A stretch of 64,000 nucleotides of DNA from Candidatus Moraniibacteriota bacterium (lineage in GTDB: Bacteria; Patescibacteriota; Minisyncoccia; Moranbacterales; UBA2206), in contig JAAXWW010000001.1 of NCBI GenBank assembly GCA_013334765.1, positions 39,816 to 103,815 on the forward strand. Reading direction: 5' to 3'. Positions 47,729 to 58,392 of the stretch are shown here, in pieces (position 1 is the first letter of the stretch; each line of letters opens with the position of its first letter). Position numbers and translations under genes: made by a program. The notes under the pieces were generated by a model. It made no database searches. It had not been told where the DNA came from and worked only from the letters and a program-made list of their open reading frames with translations.

Positions 47729-50404
47729 ATGAATCGGAAAATCACATTGATCGCTGCCGGTGTTCTCATGATCCTGGCCACCGGGATTTTCTTCATGAAA
47801 AAGGGAAATGGGAATGCGAGTTCGAATCTTGCAATCCCGCAGGAACCGCAAAGCTCTGATCCATCCGGCATCGTCGCGGGGGTGGAGGATTCTTCGCAAA
47901 ACGATCCGGTCGCTTCCGAAGGAAGCGGATCTTTGGATCCGGCAGCCCAACCCGAGCCCGACGGAGGATTCCTCGGCAAGCTGACTTCCGTTTTCGATGA
48001 GATAGCCAGCCTCAAGAAGAAGCTGGGAAAACTGGACGACAAATACGGCGACGGATACCTGGAACTCCGAAGCGATTCGATCACGAACGACAACATAAAG
48101 AAGAACGCGGTCAATTCGAGCAGCATCGAGAACAAATCGATCCGGGAGGAAGACCTGAAAGACGGAAGCATCTCCGATCCGCGACTGATTCCGGACGGCT
48201 TCATCGAATCGCTGAAAATAAAGGACGCCACCATCACCGATGCCGATATATCGCCGGACGCGCAGATCGATTCTTCAAAAATAAACCTGGGCGGATACGC
48301 GCTTGCTAACCTGCCGACCGACGAAGAAAAAGCCAAATTGGGCGAGATCGTCGATGACGCCCAGACCAGTATCGCGATCGGTGACAAGAACATCAGTCAG
48401 ATTCACAATCAAAACACGGACACGGGCACGAATTCCAATACATTCACGATCGGCAACTCCGGGCACGATCTCTCCCTGGTTTTCGGCGCTTCTTCAGAAA
48501 AACTGACCTATGACGATTCATCCGGCGCTTTTGCCCTTTCCGACAAACTAAGCCTTTCTTCTAATAAGCTGACCGATCTTGGGGTTCCGACTGCCGACAC
48601 GGACGCGGCTACTAAGGGATATGTGGACAACCAGCTTTCGACAGAAATCGGCAATCTCAAATGGAAGGATCCGGTCGGCTCGTTTTCCGACTTGTCCGAT
48701 TGCGACGACAGCCATGATGGGCAGGCCAGACTAGTGAAGGACGAAAACTGGATCTATCGCTGCGACAAGGACGATTCGGTTTGGCACAAGGTGGCCAATG
48801 TGGCGTCGGTCGATCACAATGATCTCAAAAACAGGGACGCGTCCGGTTCTCACCCGGCTTCGGCCATCAGCTTTTCCGATCATGGCACGCTCAATTCGGA
48901 CGATGTCCAGGATGCGATCAATGATCTTGACGACAATACCTTAAAGCTCAACCCGACAGGCAGCCAGACCATCGACTATGATTCGAACATATCGACGGTC
49001 ATCAAGATGTATTCCAGTCAGGCCGATGCTCCTTTCAGGATCGAAAATTCCAGCGGAAGCAGCAAATTCGCGATCACAAAGGACGGACTTGTTTCCACTC
49101 CGTCGGTCACGAATGATTCCATCGTTGACGCTTCGATCACAGGAACCAAGCTGGCTTCGAACATCTCCATAGCGACTACCGGCTCTGTTTCGGCCAGCAC
49201 CGTCGCTTCGACTATCGCGACCGGAACCAAGCCGTTCACGGTCGCTTCCGTCACCAAGGTGGACAATCTGAACGCCGACCTTATCGACGGGATGAACTCG
49301 TCGCTTGCGGGAGGAGCGAGCGTCATCCTGGCCACCGATACCAGCGGCAACCTGACCCTTGCCAATGGGAAGATTTCGGTCGAAACGATCAGGTTCGAGG
49401 CGGAAACGACCGCTCCGACCGCCGAGGAAGGGAAGGCCTACTATGATTCCAATGACAAGACTTTCAAAGTATACAATTCCCAGGGAGACGGATATATCGA
49501 TCTGGTAGCTGACCCGCACATAGCGCCGTCGCACTGTCCCGACGGGTACGTCCCTGTTCCAGGCGATGCCAGATACGGCACGGCGGGCGGATTCTGCGTC
49601 ATGAAATATGAGGCGAAATGCGCCGCCACAAGCGATGCCGCTACCGGTCTCATGACTCCGGCGACCGCCTATCAGACCTATGACAATGCCACAACCGCCT
49701 GCACCTCGGCCAACTCGAAACAGGTGGTTTCGACCGCTTCGGGCTATCCGATCGCCAATATCAATCAAACCAACGCCAAGGCCTACTGCGTTTCCTCCGG
49801 CGGCCATCTCATCACCAACAACGAATGGATGACTATCGCCAGGAATATGGAAAAACAGCCTTCCAACTGGACCGGCGCCTCGGTCGGCACCGGCGGGCTT
49901 TATCGGGGACATAGCGACAACAGTCCGGCAACCGCGCTCTCCGCCAGCACGGATGACGGAGACGGCTATTCGGGAACGGGGGATTCCGGGACATCGGAAG
50001 AACGGAGGACGATGACGCTCAGCAATGGGGAAACGGTGTGGGACATGTCGGGCGATGTCTGGGAATGGGCCAGCGATACCATCCGGCGGAAAGATCAGCC
50101 GCATTCGACGGCCGGATCGGGCAATTCTTTCGGTTGGAAGGAGTTCACCACTTTGGACGACTATGGGCAGATGAGCTACGCCAATCTCCGTCCGGGCAAC
50201 CCGGCCTGGAATTCCAGCCAGAATGCGGGTCAGATCTATACTTACAATCCGAGCGGGGATACGGGCAATACGGTCTACGCTTTCTTACGGGGCGGCGATT
50301 GGGTCTATGGGTCGAATACGGGGCTGTTCGGGCTGAATCTGGGCTATGCCCCCGCCAACACGTACAGCAGCTTCGGTTTCCGTTGCGTTTCCCCAGGGGA
50401 TTAG
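47729..50404 (+). CDS. large membrane-anchored surface protein with fibre-like repeats and C-terminal FGE-sulfatase/C-type-lectin-like domain
   Basis: N-terminal TM anchor, an 891-aa Ser/Thr/Asp/Gly-rich beta-rich body and C-terminal motifs GDVWEWASD, LRGGDWVYGS, FGFRCVS typical of the SUMF1/FGE-sulfatase fold. Confidence 0.6.
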   Translation: MNRKITLIAAGVLMILATGIFFMKKGNGNASSNLAIPQEPQSSDPSGIVAGVEDSSQNDPVASEGSGSLDPAAQPEPDGGFLGKLTSVFDEIASLKKKLGKLDDKYGDGYLELRSDSITNDNIKKNAVNSSSIENKSIREEDLKDGSISDPRLIPDGFIESLKIKDATITDADISPDAQIDSSKINLGGYALANLPTDEEKAKLGEIVDDAQTSIAIGDKNISQIHNQNTDTGTNSNTFTIGNSGHDLSLVFGASSEKLTYDDSSGAFALSDKLSLSSNKLTDLGVPTADTDAATKGYVDNQLSTEIGNLKWKDPVGSFSDLSDCDDSHDGQARLVKDENWIYRCDKDDSVWHKVANVASVDHNDLKNRDASGSHPASAISFSDHGTLNSDDVQDAINDLDDNTLKLNPTGSQTIDYDSNISTVIKMYSSQADAPFRIENSSGSSKFAITKDGLVSTPSVTNDSIVDASITGTKLASNISIATTGSVSASTVASTIATGTKPFTVASVTKVDNLNADLIDGMNSSLAGGASVILATDTSGNLTLANGKISVETIRFEAETTAPTAEEGKAYYDSNDKTFKVYNSQGDGYIDLVADPHIAPSHCPDGYVPVPGDARYGTAGGFCVMKYEAKCAATSDAATGLMTPATAYQTYDNATTACTSANSKQVVSTASGYPIANINQTNAKAYCVSSGGHLITNNEWMTIARNMEKQPSNWTGASVGTGGLYRGHSDNSPATALSASTDDGDGYSGTGDSGTSEERRTMTLSNGETVWDMSGDVWEWASDTIRRKDQPHSTAGSGNSFGWKEFTTLDDYGQMSYANLRPGNPAWNSSQNAGQIYTYNPSGDTGNTVYAFLRGGDWVYGSNTGLFGLNLGYAPANTYSSFGFRCVSPGD

Positions 50405-50567
50405 GGTTTGATCAGGAATCTTGAATCTGATAATCTATAATCTTTTTTTTCGCCGAATTTTCGCAGAGAGCGGAAATTTTGCGTTTAAGTGAGGAATCTT
50501 GACATTGACATGAAACAGTAACTGCATTATTATTTTTCTATAAAACAAAAAAGAAAATCCATTTATT

Positions 50568-50849
50568 ATGCTCGACAAAAAGATTAAAGAGGCCCTCGAG
50601 CTTCTCGGAGGCAAAGCCGTAATAAAAGACTGTGAAGAATGCTATATCCTGCTCACACTGGACGAGTTCAGGAGGATGAAGCAGGAAGGCGTTTCGGGCT
50701 TGACAAAGGAGGAACTGATTGATAAGATAAACAATGACATCGCAAGCTGGAAGTTTTCCCAGGAAGAGAAGAAAGTGGAGGCATTCGACCCGGAAGCGGT
50801 GCTGGATGAAAAGGAAAACGAAGTGAAATACGAGAAGGTCAGCGACTAG
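50568..50849 (+). CDS. small protein, Phd/YefM antitoxin-like pattern (orphan)
   Basis: 93 aa. KAVIKDCEECYILLTLDEFRRMKQ resembles the ILITRNGE.AVLMSLEEYESL core of Phd/YefM. This is a weak call. Confidence 0.35.
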   Translation: MLDKKIKEALELLGGKAVIKDCEECYILLTLDEFRRMKQEGVSGLTKEELIDKINNDIASWKFSQEEKKVEAFDPEAVLDEKENEVKYEKVSD

Positions 50850-50982
50850 TTTCGCAATATAAATATAATCAAGCTAATAAAAAATCGCAGATGTGCTATG
50901 GCTGCCCTCGGCTGAATGTCGCGGGTGTGACTGGTTGTTCCGGTCAAATGCTATAGGATTTGCGCATTAAGCCTAAAAAAAT

Positions 50983-52176
50983 ATGGCAGCAGAACAATTT
51001 CAAAGGACGAAGCCGCACGTCAATGTCGGAACCATCGGTCATGTCGACCACGGAAAAACCACTCTGACAGCAGCTATCCTGCACGTGCTTGCTTTCCAGG
51101 GGAAAGCTAAGGAGAAAGGAATCGATGAAATCGACAAGGCTCCTGAAGAAAGGGATCGCGGAATCACTATCGCGACCGCTCATTGCGAATACGAATCAGA
51201 CAAGCGCCACTACGCTCATGTGGACTGCCCAGGACATGCTGATTATATCAAGAACATGATTACTGGTGCGGCTCAGATGGACGGAGCGATCCTGGTTGTT
51301 GCCGCTACTGACGGCCCTATGCCTCAGACCCGCGAGCACATCCTTCTTGCCAAGCAGGTCGGAGTTCCTGAAATCGTCGTTTTCCTCAACAAAGTCGACA
51401 TGGTTGATGATCCTGAATTGGTTGACTTGGTCGAAGCTGAAGTCCGCGAACTTCTCACCAAATATGAATTCGATGGAGACAACGCCAAAGTCATCAAAGG
51501 TTCAGCTCTCAAGGCTCTTGAATCCAAATCTGCCGATGACGAGGCCGCCAAGCCTGTTCTGGATCTTATCAATGCTTTGGATGAGAAGATTCCTGAGCCG
51601 GTCCGCGAAACTGACAAGCCTTTCCTTATGCCGATCGAAGATATCTTCACGATTGAAGGAAGAGGAACAGTGGTTACCGGAAGAATCGAAAGAGGAACCA
51701 TCAATGTCAATGAGGAAGTTGAAATCGTCGGACTCAGGCCAACCCAGAAGACTGTCGTTACCGGAATCGAGATGTTCAACAAGACTCTTGACAAGGGAAC
51801 AGCTGGAGACAATGCCGGAGTGCTTATCCGCGGAATCAAGAAAGAAGACGTGGAAAGAGGACAGGTTCTGGCTAAGCCGGGCTCAATCACCCCTCACACC
51901 GAATTCGAATGCGAAGTATATATCCTAACCAAGGAGGAAGGCGGAAGGCACACTCCATTCTTCAAAGGATACAAGCCTCAATTCTATGTCAGGACGACTG
52001 ACGTTACCGGAGAAGTGATTCTGCCGGAAGGATCTGAAATGGTGATGCCTGGAGATACGGTAAGCTTCCAAGTGAAGCTCGGCTCCCCTGTCGCCATGGA
52101 AGAGGGAATGAGATTCGCTATCCGCGAAGGAGGAAGGACTGTGGGCGCTGGAGTCGCGACTAAGATCCTGAAATAA
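50983..52176 (+). CDS. tuf: elongation factor Tu
   Basis: [26 protein letters not shown] and a C-terminal beta-barrel; 397 aa. Confidence 0.95.
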   Translation: MAAEQFQRTKPHVNVGTIGHVDHGKTTLTAAILHVLAFQGKAKEKGIDEIDKAPEERDRGITIATAHCEYESDKRHYAHVDCPGHADYIKNMITGAAQMDGAILVVAATDGPMPQTREHILLAKQVGVPEIVVFLNKVDMVDDPELVDLVEAEVRELLTKYEFDGDNAKVIKGSALKALESKSADDEAAKPVLDLINALDEKIPEPVRETDKPFLMPIEDIFTIEGRGTVVTGRIERGTINVNEEVEIVGLRPTQKTVVTGIEMFNKTLDKGTAGDNAGVLIRGIKKEDVERGQVLAKPGSITPHTEFECEVYILTKEEGGRHTPFFKGYKPQFYVRTTDVTGEVILPEGSEMVMPGDTVSFQVKLGSPVAMEEGMRFAIREGGRTVGAGVATKILK

Positions 52177-52242
52177 ATCCCAAGAATCATTAGTTTTTTC
52201 TTCGTACAGCGCTTGGTTCAGAGAGACAAAAACACCCGAAAT

Positions 52243-52271
52243 TTGACGTAAAAAAGAATGGGTGCTACAAT
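52243..52271 (+). promoter_or_regulatory. sigma70-type promoter for the S10 operon
   Basis: TTGACG, a 17-nt spacer, then TACAAT, about 85 nt upstream of rpsJ. Confidence 0.55.
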
Positions 52272-52354
52272 GTTTTTCTATGAGGCCAAGAGCTGTACTA
52301 TAGAGAAAAATTAGTATGCAATAAGGTCATTAAGGCATTTTGCAAAAAAATTAA

Positions 52355-52681
52355 ATGATCAAGAAGGAAGAAGAAGCAAAAACAAGAATAAGGATAAGGA
52401 TCAAGGCATACGACCACAAGATCATCGACCAATCCGCCCGCCAGATCGTTGAAACGGCCGAGCGCACGGGAGCGAACATCACGGGACCGGTTCCTCTTCC
52501 GACTGAAGTGAGAAGGTTCACTGTCAACAAATCCACTTTTGTTCACAAGGATTCTCGCGATCAATATGAAATGAGAGTGCACAAGAGACTCATAGATATC
52601 CTGAATCCTACTCCTAAGACGATCGAAAGCCTCACAAGCCTTGATTTGCCTGCCGGAGTCGATATAGAGATAAAGATGTGA
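52355..52681 (+). CDS. rpsJ: 30S ribosomal protein S10
   Basis: [33 protein letters not shown]. Confidence 0.95.
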   Translation: MIKKEEEAKTRIRIRIKAYDHKIIDQSARQIVETAERTGANITGPVPLPTEVRRFTVNKSTFVHKDSRDQYEMRVHKRLIDILNPTPKTIESLTSLDLPAGVDIEIKM

Positions 52682-52841
52682 TAATCTCTACGAACTACGA
52701 ATTTTTACGAATATACGAATAGAATATCAGATAGATACTAGTTAAAGTCTTCCGCTTGGCGGGAGATACTCAGCTAGCCAGTCCAGTTTGATCTGGGTTT
52801 TCGGCTGGTTGCGACGGCCGATTTTTTATTTTACTAAAGAC

Positions 52842-53402
52842 ATGAAATTTATCCTGGGAAAAAAAATAGGAATGACAACCATTTATGGCGACATGGGAGC
52901 GTTGAATGTGACGCTGGTTGAATGCGCGCCTAATAAGGTTTCCATGATCAAGACTGAAGAAAAGGACGGATATGCTGCGACTCAGCTTGAAATCGCCAAA
53001 ACCAAAAACAAAGTCATCAAGAAAGAGTTCAGGGCTGGTTCAGCCGAACTGAAGGAGGGCGATAACATAGACGTATCGATTTTTGAAATAGGAGAAGAAA
53101 TCAAAGTGAGCGGCATAACCAAGGCCAAAGGATTCCAGGGCGTAGTGAAAAGGCATGGTTTCAAAGGAGCTCCTAAGACTCACGGACACAAGCACGATCT
53201 TCGCGCTCCTGGTTCAATCGGAAGCGGGTTTCCTGAGCATGTTGTCAAAGGAAAGAGAATGGCAGGAAGAATGGGCGGCGAGAGATCCACTACTGGGAAC
53301 ATCAAGATCGTTTATATAGACAAAGAAAAGAACGTTTTGGGGCTCAAAGGCGCAGTGCCTGGAATTCCTGGAAACATAGTCGAAATAAGATCAATGGCAT
53401 AA
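52842..53402 (+). CDS. rplC: 50S ribosomal protein L3
   Basis: MKFILGKKIGMTTIY start inside the longer ORF; FKG..KRHGF.GAP.THG. Confidence 0.9.
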   Translation: MKFILGKKIGMTTIYGDMGALNVTLVECAPNKVSMIKTEEKDGYAATQLEIAKTKNKVIKKEFRAGSAELKEGDNIDVSIFEIGEEIKVSGITKAKGFQGVVKRHGFKGAPKTHGHKHDLRAPGSIGSGFPEHVVKGKRMAGRMGGERSTTGNIKIVYIDKEKNVLGLKGAVPGIPGNIVEIRSMA

Positions 53403-53422
53403 AGAGAATCATAATTACCGAC

Positions 53423-54046
53423 ATGAAAATCGCAATTCAAAATCTGGAAGGAAAGCAAGTTGAGGAAATCGAAGTTTCCGAAAACGTTTTCGGCCTCAAA
53501 AGGAATGACGAGCTTGTTCACCAAGTCATGGTGGCCATATCTTCCAATAATAGGCAAGTGATCGCTGATACGAAGACAAGAGGCGAAAGGGCCGGATCTG
53601 GAATCAAGCCTTGGAAACAGAAAGGAACCGGACGCGCCAGAGTCGGATCGGTCAGGACTCCTGTTTGGAGAAAAGGAGGAGTCGTCTTCGGACCGAACAA
53701 TGACAGGAATTTCAAGAAGAAGATCAATAAGAAGATGAACCAGAAAGCTATCGCCATAGTCCTTAGCGCGAAGCTCAAGGATAGTGAGATAATCGTTGTC
53801 GATAAGTTCGAATTCAAAGATAAGAAGACCAAGGAAGTGGCCAAGACGGTTGCCAACTTGAAGATAAAAGGAAAGACCCTGATGGCATTTTCCGATAATG
53901 AAAAGGATTTGCGCTCTGCTAGCCGGAATATCGAAAAGATGGAGAACATCCTGACATCCCAGCTGAATGTCCTCGATATGCTCAGCAACAAAAACCTGCT
54001 GCTCACGAAGGAATCGATCATGTATTTGAATGAGAAATATAAGTAA
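53423..54046 (+). CDS. rplD: 50S ribosomal protein L4
   Basis: KQKGTGRAR.GS.R.P.WR.GG..FGP; 207 aa. Confidence 0.9.
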   Translation: MKIAIQNLEGKQVEEIEVSENVFGLKRNDELVHQVMVAISSNNRQVIADTKTRGERAGSGIKPWKQKGTGRARVGSVRTPVWRKGGVVFGPNNDRNFKKKINKKMNQKAIAIVLSAKLKDSEIIVVDKFEFKDKKTKEVAKTVANLKIKGKTLMAFSDNEKDLRSASRNIEKMENILTSQLNVLDMLSNKNLLLTKESIMYLNEKYK

Positions 54047-54100
54047 AACCAGATCAAAAGGATGAAAAAGAACGAAAATCCGCCGGCTGGCGGAGGGAAA

Positions 54101-54385
54101 ATGAATATTTCGCACAAGATTCTCTTGGAACCTGTGATAACGGAAGCTGCGACTGTTGCTGCTGAGATGGATAAATACGTTTTCAAGGTTGCAAAGGGAT
54201 CTTCCAAGAAGGAAATAAAGACATCCATCAAGGAAGTATATGACGTGGAAGCCAAGAAAATCAATGTGGTCAACCTTCCGACGAAAGCAAGAAGCAGAGG
54301 AAGGATTCCAGGATGGAAGTCGGGATACAGGAAAGCGATAGTAACGCTTAAGAAAGGGGACAAGATAGACGTATTCGGAGAATAA
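54101..54385 (+). CDS. rplW: 50S ribosomal protein L23
   Basis: ILLEPVITEAA..; GGAGG sits 4 nt upstream of the ATG at 54101. The ORF could extend to 54062. Confidence 0.85.
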   Translation: MNISHKILLEPVITEAATVAAEMDKYVFKVAKGSSKKEIKTSIKEVYDVEAKKINVVNLPTKARSRGRIPGWKSGYRKAIVTLKKGDKIDVFGE

Positions 54386-54481
54386 TCAGTTCGAATTAAA
54401 GAAATAAGCACCCACCTTCGCTAAGGCTACGGTCATACGCCGCCAAAGGCTATGCTGACGGAGCGCGGGCAAGTAAGAAAG

Positions 54482-55315
54482 ATGGCGATCAAAGTATATA
54501 AAAGGAATACCGCAGGAAGGAGAAACATGTCGGTCGTGAAGTCCGACACGGTGACCAATAAGAAACCAGAGAAATCTTTGGTTGAGGGTCAATCCAGAAA
54601 AGCGGGGAGATCTGGCGGAAAGATTTCTGTGCGCCACCAAGGAGGCGGCCACAAGCAGAAATACCGTATCGTTGATTTCCATCAGGAGAAGATCGGAATT
54701 CCGGGACGCATTTCGGCTATCGAAAAAGACCCTAACAGAAGCGCCTTCATCGCTCTTGTCGTGTATGCTGACGGAGAAAAGGGATACGTATTGGCAAGCG
54801 ATGGAATGAGGACAGGAGAAACGATAATTGCCGGTCCTGACGCTCCAGTGAAGAACGGCAACAGGACGATGGTTAAGAATATCCCGACAGGAACTGTCAT
54901 TTCAAATATAGAATTGTTCCCAGGACATGGCGGACAGATCGTGAGAAGCGCCGGATCCGGTGCTATGCTCACCGCAGTTGATGAGAAAAACGCCCAAGTG
55001 AAACTGCCATCAGGAGAAATAAGAATGATCAGCAATACCTGCTATGCGACAGTAGGGCAGATGAGCAATTTTGAACACAGCGCCGTGACTATCGGAAAAG
55101 CCGGAAGAAGCAGATGGATGAACAAACGTCCGACTGTTCGCGGAAGCGCGATGAATCCGGTTGACCATCCGCATGGAGGAGGAGAAGGACGCCAGGGAAT
55201 CGGTCTCAAACATCCGAAGACTCCTTGGGGCAAGCCGGCTCTCGGAAAGAAGACAAGAAAGAAAGCGAAATATAGCAACAAGTTCATAATCAAGAGGAGA
55301 ACTAAAAGGAAGTAG
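54482..55315 (+). CDS. rplB: 50S ribosomal protein L2
   Basis: [14 protein letters not shown].., ..[12 protein letters not shown]. Confidence 0.95.
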   Translation: MAIKVYKRNTAGRRNMSVVKSDTVTNKKPEKSLVEGQSRKAGRSGGKISVRHQGGGHKQKYRIVDFHQEKIGIPGRISAIEKDPNRSAFIALVVYADGEKGYVLASDGMRTGETIIAGPDAPVKNGNRTMVKNIPTGTVISNIELFPGHGGQIVRSAGSGAMLTAVDEKNAQVKLPSGEIRMISNTCYATVGQMSNFEHSAVTIGKAGRSRWMNKRPTVRGSAMNPVDHPHGGGEGRQGIGLKHPKTPWGKPALGKKTRKKAKYSNKFIIKRRTKRK

Positions 55316-55324
55316 TATATAAAT

Positions 55325-55666
55325 ATGACAAGAAGTTTGAAAAAAGGTCCTTATGTGGACGAAAGACTGCTCAAGAAAATAGGGAATCTGAAAGCTGGAG
55401 ACAGGAAGGTTATCAATATCTGGGCTCGCGCTTCAGTGATTTCTCCAGAAATGATAGGATTCACTTTCGGAGTGCATAACGGAAAGATATTCATACCCGT
55501 TTTCGTTACTGAAGAGATGGTAGGACATAGGTTCGGAGAGTTCTCTGCTACGAGGAAGTTCACAAGGCACGGAGGAAAGATGCAGAAAGAAATGGAAGCA
55601 TCAGCCAAGCAGAAAGAGGCAGAAGCCGCTAAAGCTGCAAAAGCCTCTCCTCAAAAGAAGAAATAA
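55325..55666 (+). CDS. rpsS: 30S ribosomal protein S19 (C-terminal K/A/E extension)
   Basis: [12 protein letters not shown]..; ..VHNGK.FIPV.V.EEMVGH.FGEF. Carries a 20-aa tail extension. Confidence 0.95.
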   Translation: MTRSLKKGPYVDERLLKKIGNLKAGDRKVINIWARASVISPEMIGFTFGVHNGKIFIPVFVTEEMVGHRFGEFSATRKFTRHGGKMQKEMEASAKQKEAEAAKAAKASPQKKK

Positions 55667-55701
55667 TATCCGTTTTTAGAAGATTCATAAGATCAATCAA
55701 G

Positions 55702-56271
55702 ATGAAAGTATCGGCTAAACTGAACAATATAAGAATAGCTCCCAGAAAGACTAAGCTGGTGGCGGATCTGATCAGGGGATTGGATGCTTCGAAAGCTCTC
55801 GAGCAGCTCGGCGCTACCATAAAGCGCACAAGCCCTGAGATGAAGAAGCTGCTGGATAGCGCTTTGGCTAATGCTGAAAACAATTTCGGTCTTGCCCGCG
55901 ACAATATGTATGTCTATGATGTCGTGATCGGAGCTGGTCCGACACTCAAGAGGTGGATGCCGAAGGCTTTCGGACGCGCTGGGAAGATCATGAAAAGGAC
56001 ATCCAAGATAGAGATCATCCTGGAAGAGAGAGTCGAAGGAAAAGACAGAAAGAGCAAGGAAGAAATGGAAAAGGAAAAAGCAGCCCGCGCCAAGGCGAAG
56101 GAAAAGGAAGAGAAGGCGAGGAAGAAGGAAATGGAAGCTGCCCAGAAGGAAGAGAAAGCTGAGAAAGTCATTGAAAAAAGCGATAAGAGTTCCAAGATAG
56201 AAGAGAAAGGCAATAAGGAAGTGAAGGAAAAGGCCTGGTCGAACAGGATATTCAGAAGGAAGTCGATGTAG
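55702..56271 (+). CDS. rplV: 50S ribosomal protein L22 (long K/E-rich C-terminal extension)
   Basis: The L22 core covers 1-115, followed by about 70 aa of KE-repeat tail. Confidence 0.9.
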   Translation: MKVSAKLNNIRIAPRKTKLVADLIRGLDASKALEQLGATIKRTSPEMKKLLDSALANAENNFGLARDNMYVYDVVIGAGPTLKRWMPKAFGRAGKIMKRTSKIEIILEERVEGKDRKSKEEMEKEKAARAKAKEKEEKARKKEMEAAQKEEKAEKVIEKSDKSSKIEEKGNKEVKEKAWSNRIFRRKSM

Positions 56272-56317
56272 GGTATTTAAAAAATAATGATAAGTCGGGA
56301 ATTAGCTAAAATTATTT

Positions 56318-56965
56318 ATGGGACATAAAGTAAACCCAGTTGGATTCAGGATCGGAATAACGCAGACCTGGAAATCCAAATGGTTCGGAAAAAAAGAATA
56401 CAAGGACAACCTGAAGCAGGATATCGGAATCAGGACGGAAGTGATGAAGAAATGGAAAGCTGCTTTTATCGCCGATGTCGAGATCGAAAGATCCCAGGCT
56501 GCAATCAGGATTATCATAAGGACAGCCAGGCCGGGCGTGCTTATCGGACGCGGCGGCAGCGGAGTGGAAGATATCAAGAAGCATATCATGGATAATTTCT
56601 TCCGCGGCAAGAGGGTCAACCTGCGCATCGATATCCAGGAAGTCAAGAGCATGGAGGAAAGCGCGATGATCATGGCTCAGAATGTCACGGAGCAGATTGA
56701 GAAAAGGATGCCATTCAGGAGAATATTGAAATCCACCATAGAGCAGGCGATGAAGAACGGCCTCATCAAAGGAGTGAAAGTGGAAATGTCAGGACGCCTC
56801 GGAGGAGCTGAAATGTCCAGGCGCGAATGGCTTTCGAAAGGAACGCTTCCGCTTCACACTCTTCGCGCCAATATCGATTTCGCCAAGGCGACTGCCAACA
56901 CTACATACGGAGCGATAGGAGTCAAAGTGTGGCTGTATAAGGGAGATGTTTTCGAGAAAAAATAG
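56318..56965 (+). CDS. rpsC: 30S ribosomal protein S3
   Basis: MGHKVNPVGFRIGI...W and KH domain. Confidence 0.95.
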   Translation: MGHKVNPVGFRIGITQTWKSKWFGKKEYKDNLKQDIGIRTEVMKKWKAAFIADVEIERSQAAIRIIIRTARPGVLIGRGGSGVEDIKKHIMDNFFRGKRVNLRIDIQEVKSMEESAMIMAQNVTEQIEKRMPFRRILKSTIEQAMKNGLIKGVKVEMSGRLGGAEMSRREWLSKGTLPLHTLRANIDFAKATANTTYGAIGVKVWLYKGDVFEKK

Positions 56966-57063
56966 GAGTATTTTTTATAAAAACAGTAGTAAAGATTAAG
57001 TCTCATCTGTGAATTGTTGCGGGTTGCAATCAAGCTCTCGCCCTTCTTACGGACAAAACCGGC

Positions 57064-57477
57064 ATGTTGATGCCCAAGAAAGTAAAACATAGAAAGATTC
57101 AAAGAGGCGGAGCTATCCGTGGTGTTTCGAAGCGGGGAACTGAAATCAGTTTCGGAAGCTTTGCTCTCAAGTCAGTCGAATCCAATCTTATTTCCGCTCG
57201 TCAGATCGAATCTGCTCGTCGCGCGATGACCAGATACATCCAAAGAGGCGGAAAGATCTGGATCAGGATTTTCCCGGACAAGCCGATGACCAAGAAAGGC
57301 GATGAAACTCCGATGGGTAAAGGAAAAGGATCAGTCGATCATTTCGTAGCTGTTGTGAAGCCAGGAAAAATCCTTTTTGAGATGGATGGAGTCAAGAGAG
57401 AAATAGCCAAAGAAGCCATGAGGCTTGCATCGTATAAACTGAACGTGAAGACTAAATTCGTAGCCAAAGAAGACTAG
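57064..57477 (+). CDS. rplP: 50S ribosomal protein L16
   Basis: [14 protein letters not shown]; 137 aa. Confidence 0.95.
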   Translation: MLMPKKVKHRKIQRGGAIRGVSKRGTEISFGSFALKSVESNLISARQIESARRAMTRYIQRGGKIWIRIFPDKPMTKKGDETPMGKGKGSVDHFVAVVKPGKILFEMDGVKREIAKEAMRLASYKLNVKTKFVAKED

Positions 57478-57501
57478 TTTTATAAGCACAAGAAAGAAGA
57501 T

Positions 57502-57684
57502 ATGAAAATCAGCGAAATTAGAGAAAAGAATAAAGAAGAGCTCAAGAAGATTCTTGTTGAGAAGCAAGGGCTGACTCGCAAGCTGAGGTTCGATTTGGCG
57601 ACCAAACAGGTGAAGAACACGAAAGAGCTCCGAACCGCGAAGAGAGACATCGCGAAAATACTAACCAAGCTGGCGAAGAAATAA
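57502..57684 (+). CDS. rpmC: 50S ribosomal protein L29
   Basis: 60 aa, ..EL...ELK.LRFDLATKQ. Confidence 0.85.
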   Translation: MKISEIREKNKEELKKILVEKQGLTRKLRFDLATKQVKNTKELRTAKRDIAKILTKLAKK

Positions 57685-57692
57685 TTAAATCA

Positions 57693-57947
57693 TTGAAATC
57701 AATGGAGAATAAGGATAAAAATAAGATAGCTGCAAAGAGAAAAGGGATTGTCGTAAGTGACAAGATGGACAAGACTATCGTCGTTGCGATAGACACCCTG
57801 AAGACGCACTCCAAATACAAGAAGAAATACAAATCCACCAAGAAATACAAGGTGCATGACGAGAGCAACAAATATAAGGAAGGCGATAAGGTGGAGTTCG
57901 TTTCCTCGAAGCCGTTCAGTGGAGGTAAGAAATTCATAGCAGTGTAA
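57693..57947 (+). CDS. rpsQ: 30S ribosomal protein S17
   Basis: KRKGIVVSDKMDKTIVV..HSKYKK..K..KYKVHDE.N.YK.GD.V. Confidence 0.9.
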   Translation: MKSMENKDKNKIAAKRKGIVVSDKMDKTIVVAIDTLKTHSKYKKKYKSTKKYKVHDESNKYKEGDKVEFVSSKPFSGGKKFIAV

Positions 57948-57981
57948 ATGACCCGCATATAAATGCGATTCACGAATCATT

Positions 57982-58347
57982 ATGATACAAGCAGAATCAA
58001 AATTGAAAGTTGCCGATAACTCAGGAGCGAAAATGATCAAGTGCTTCAAGGTTCTTGGCGGAACAAGAAGGCGTTTCGCTCAGATAGGCGATATAATAGT
58101 CGCGTCAGTCAAGACTGCCGAACCTCGCGGAATAGTGAAGAAAGGCGACAAAGTGAGGGCTGTCATAGTGAGGCAGAGAAAGGAATTCAGAAGGAAGGAC
58201 GGTTCATATATACGTTTCGACGAGAATGCCGCTGTCATCCTGGATGGCAAGGAGCCTAAGGGAACCAGGATTTTCGGTCCGGTCGCAAGGGAGATCCGCG
58301 ACAAGGGATACAACAAGATAGTTTCTCTCGCCCCGGAAGTATTGTAA
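57982..58347 (+). CDS. rplN: 50S ribosomal protein L14
   Basis: [17 protein letters not shown]...C.KVLGG. Confidence 0.95.
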   Translation: MIQAESKLKVADNSGAKMIKCFKVLGGTRRRFAQIGDIIVASVKTAEPRGIVKKGDKVRAVIVRQRKEFRRKDGSYIRFDENAAVILDGKEPKGTRIFGPVAREIRDKGYNKIVSLAPEVL

Positions 58348-58392
58348 GGAAACAAGGTTTATAACATATAACACGAATCGTAATAACAAGGT

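Noticed and set aside
48941-50104. 387-aa antisense ORF (Arg/Gly-rich) inside the large surface-protein gene
   Set aside because: Its Arg/Gly-rich low-complexity translation is the typical mirror of a Ser/Thr/Asp/Gly-rich sense frame. The sense frame has a credible anchor and C-terminal domain.
53312-54411. Antisense ORFs 53312..54115 and 53518..54411 across rplC/rplD/rplW
   Set aside because: They lie opposite highly conserved ribosomal protein genes and are shadow ORFs.
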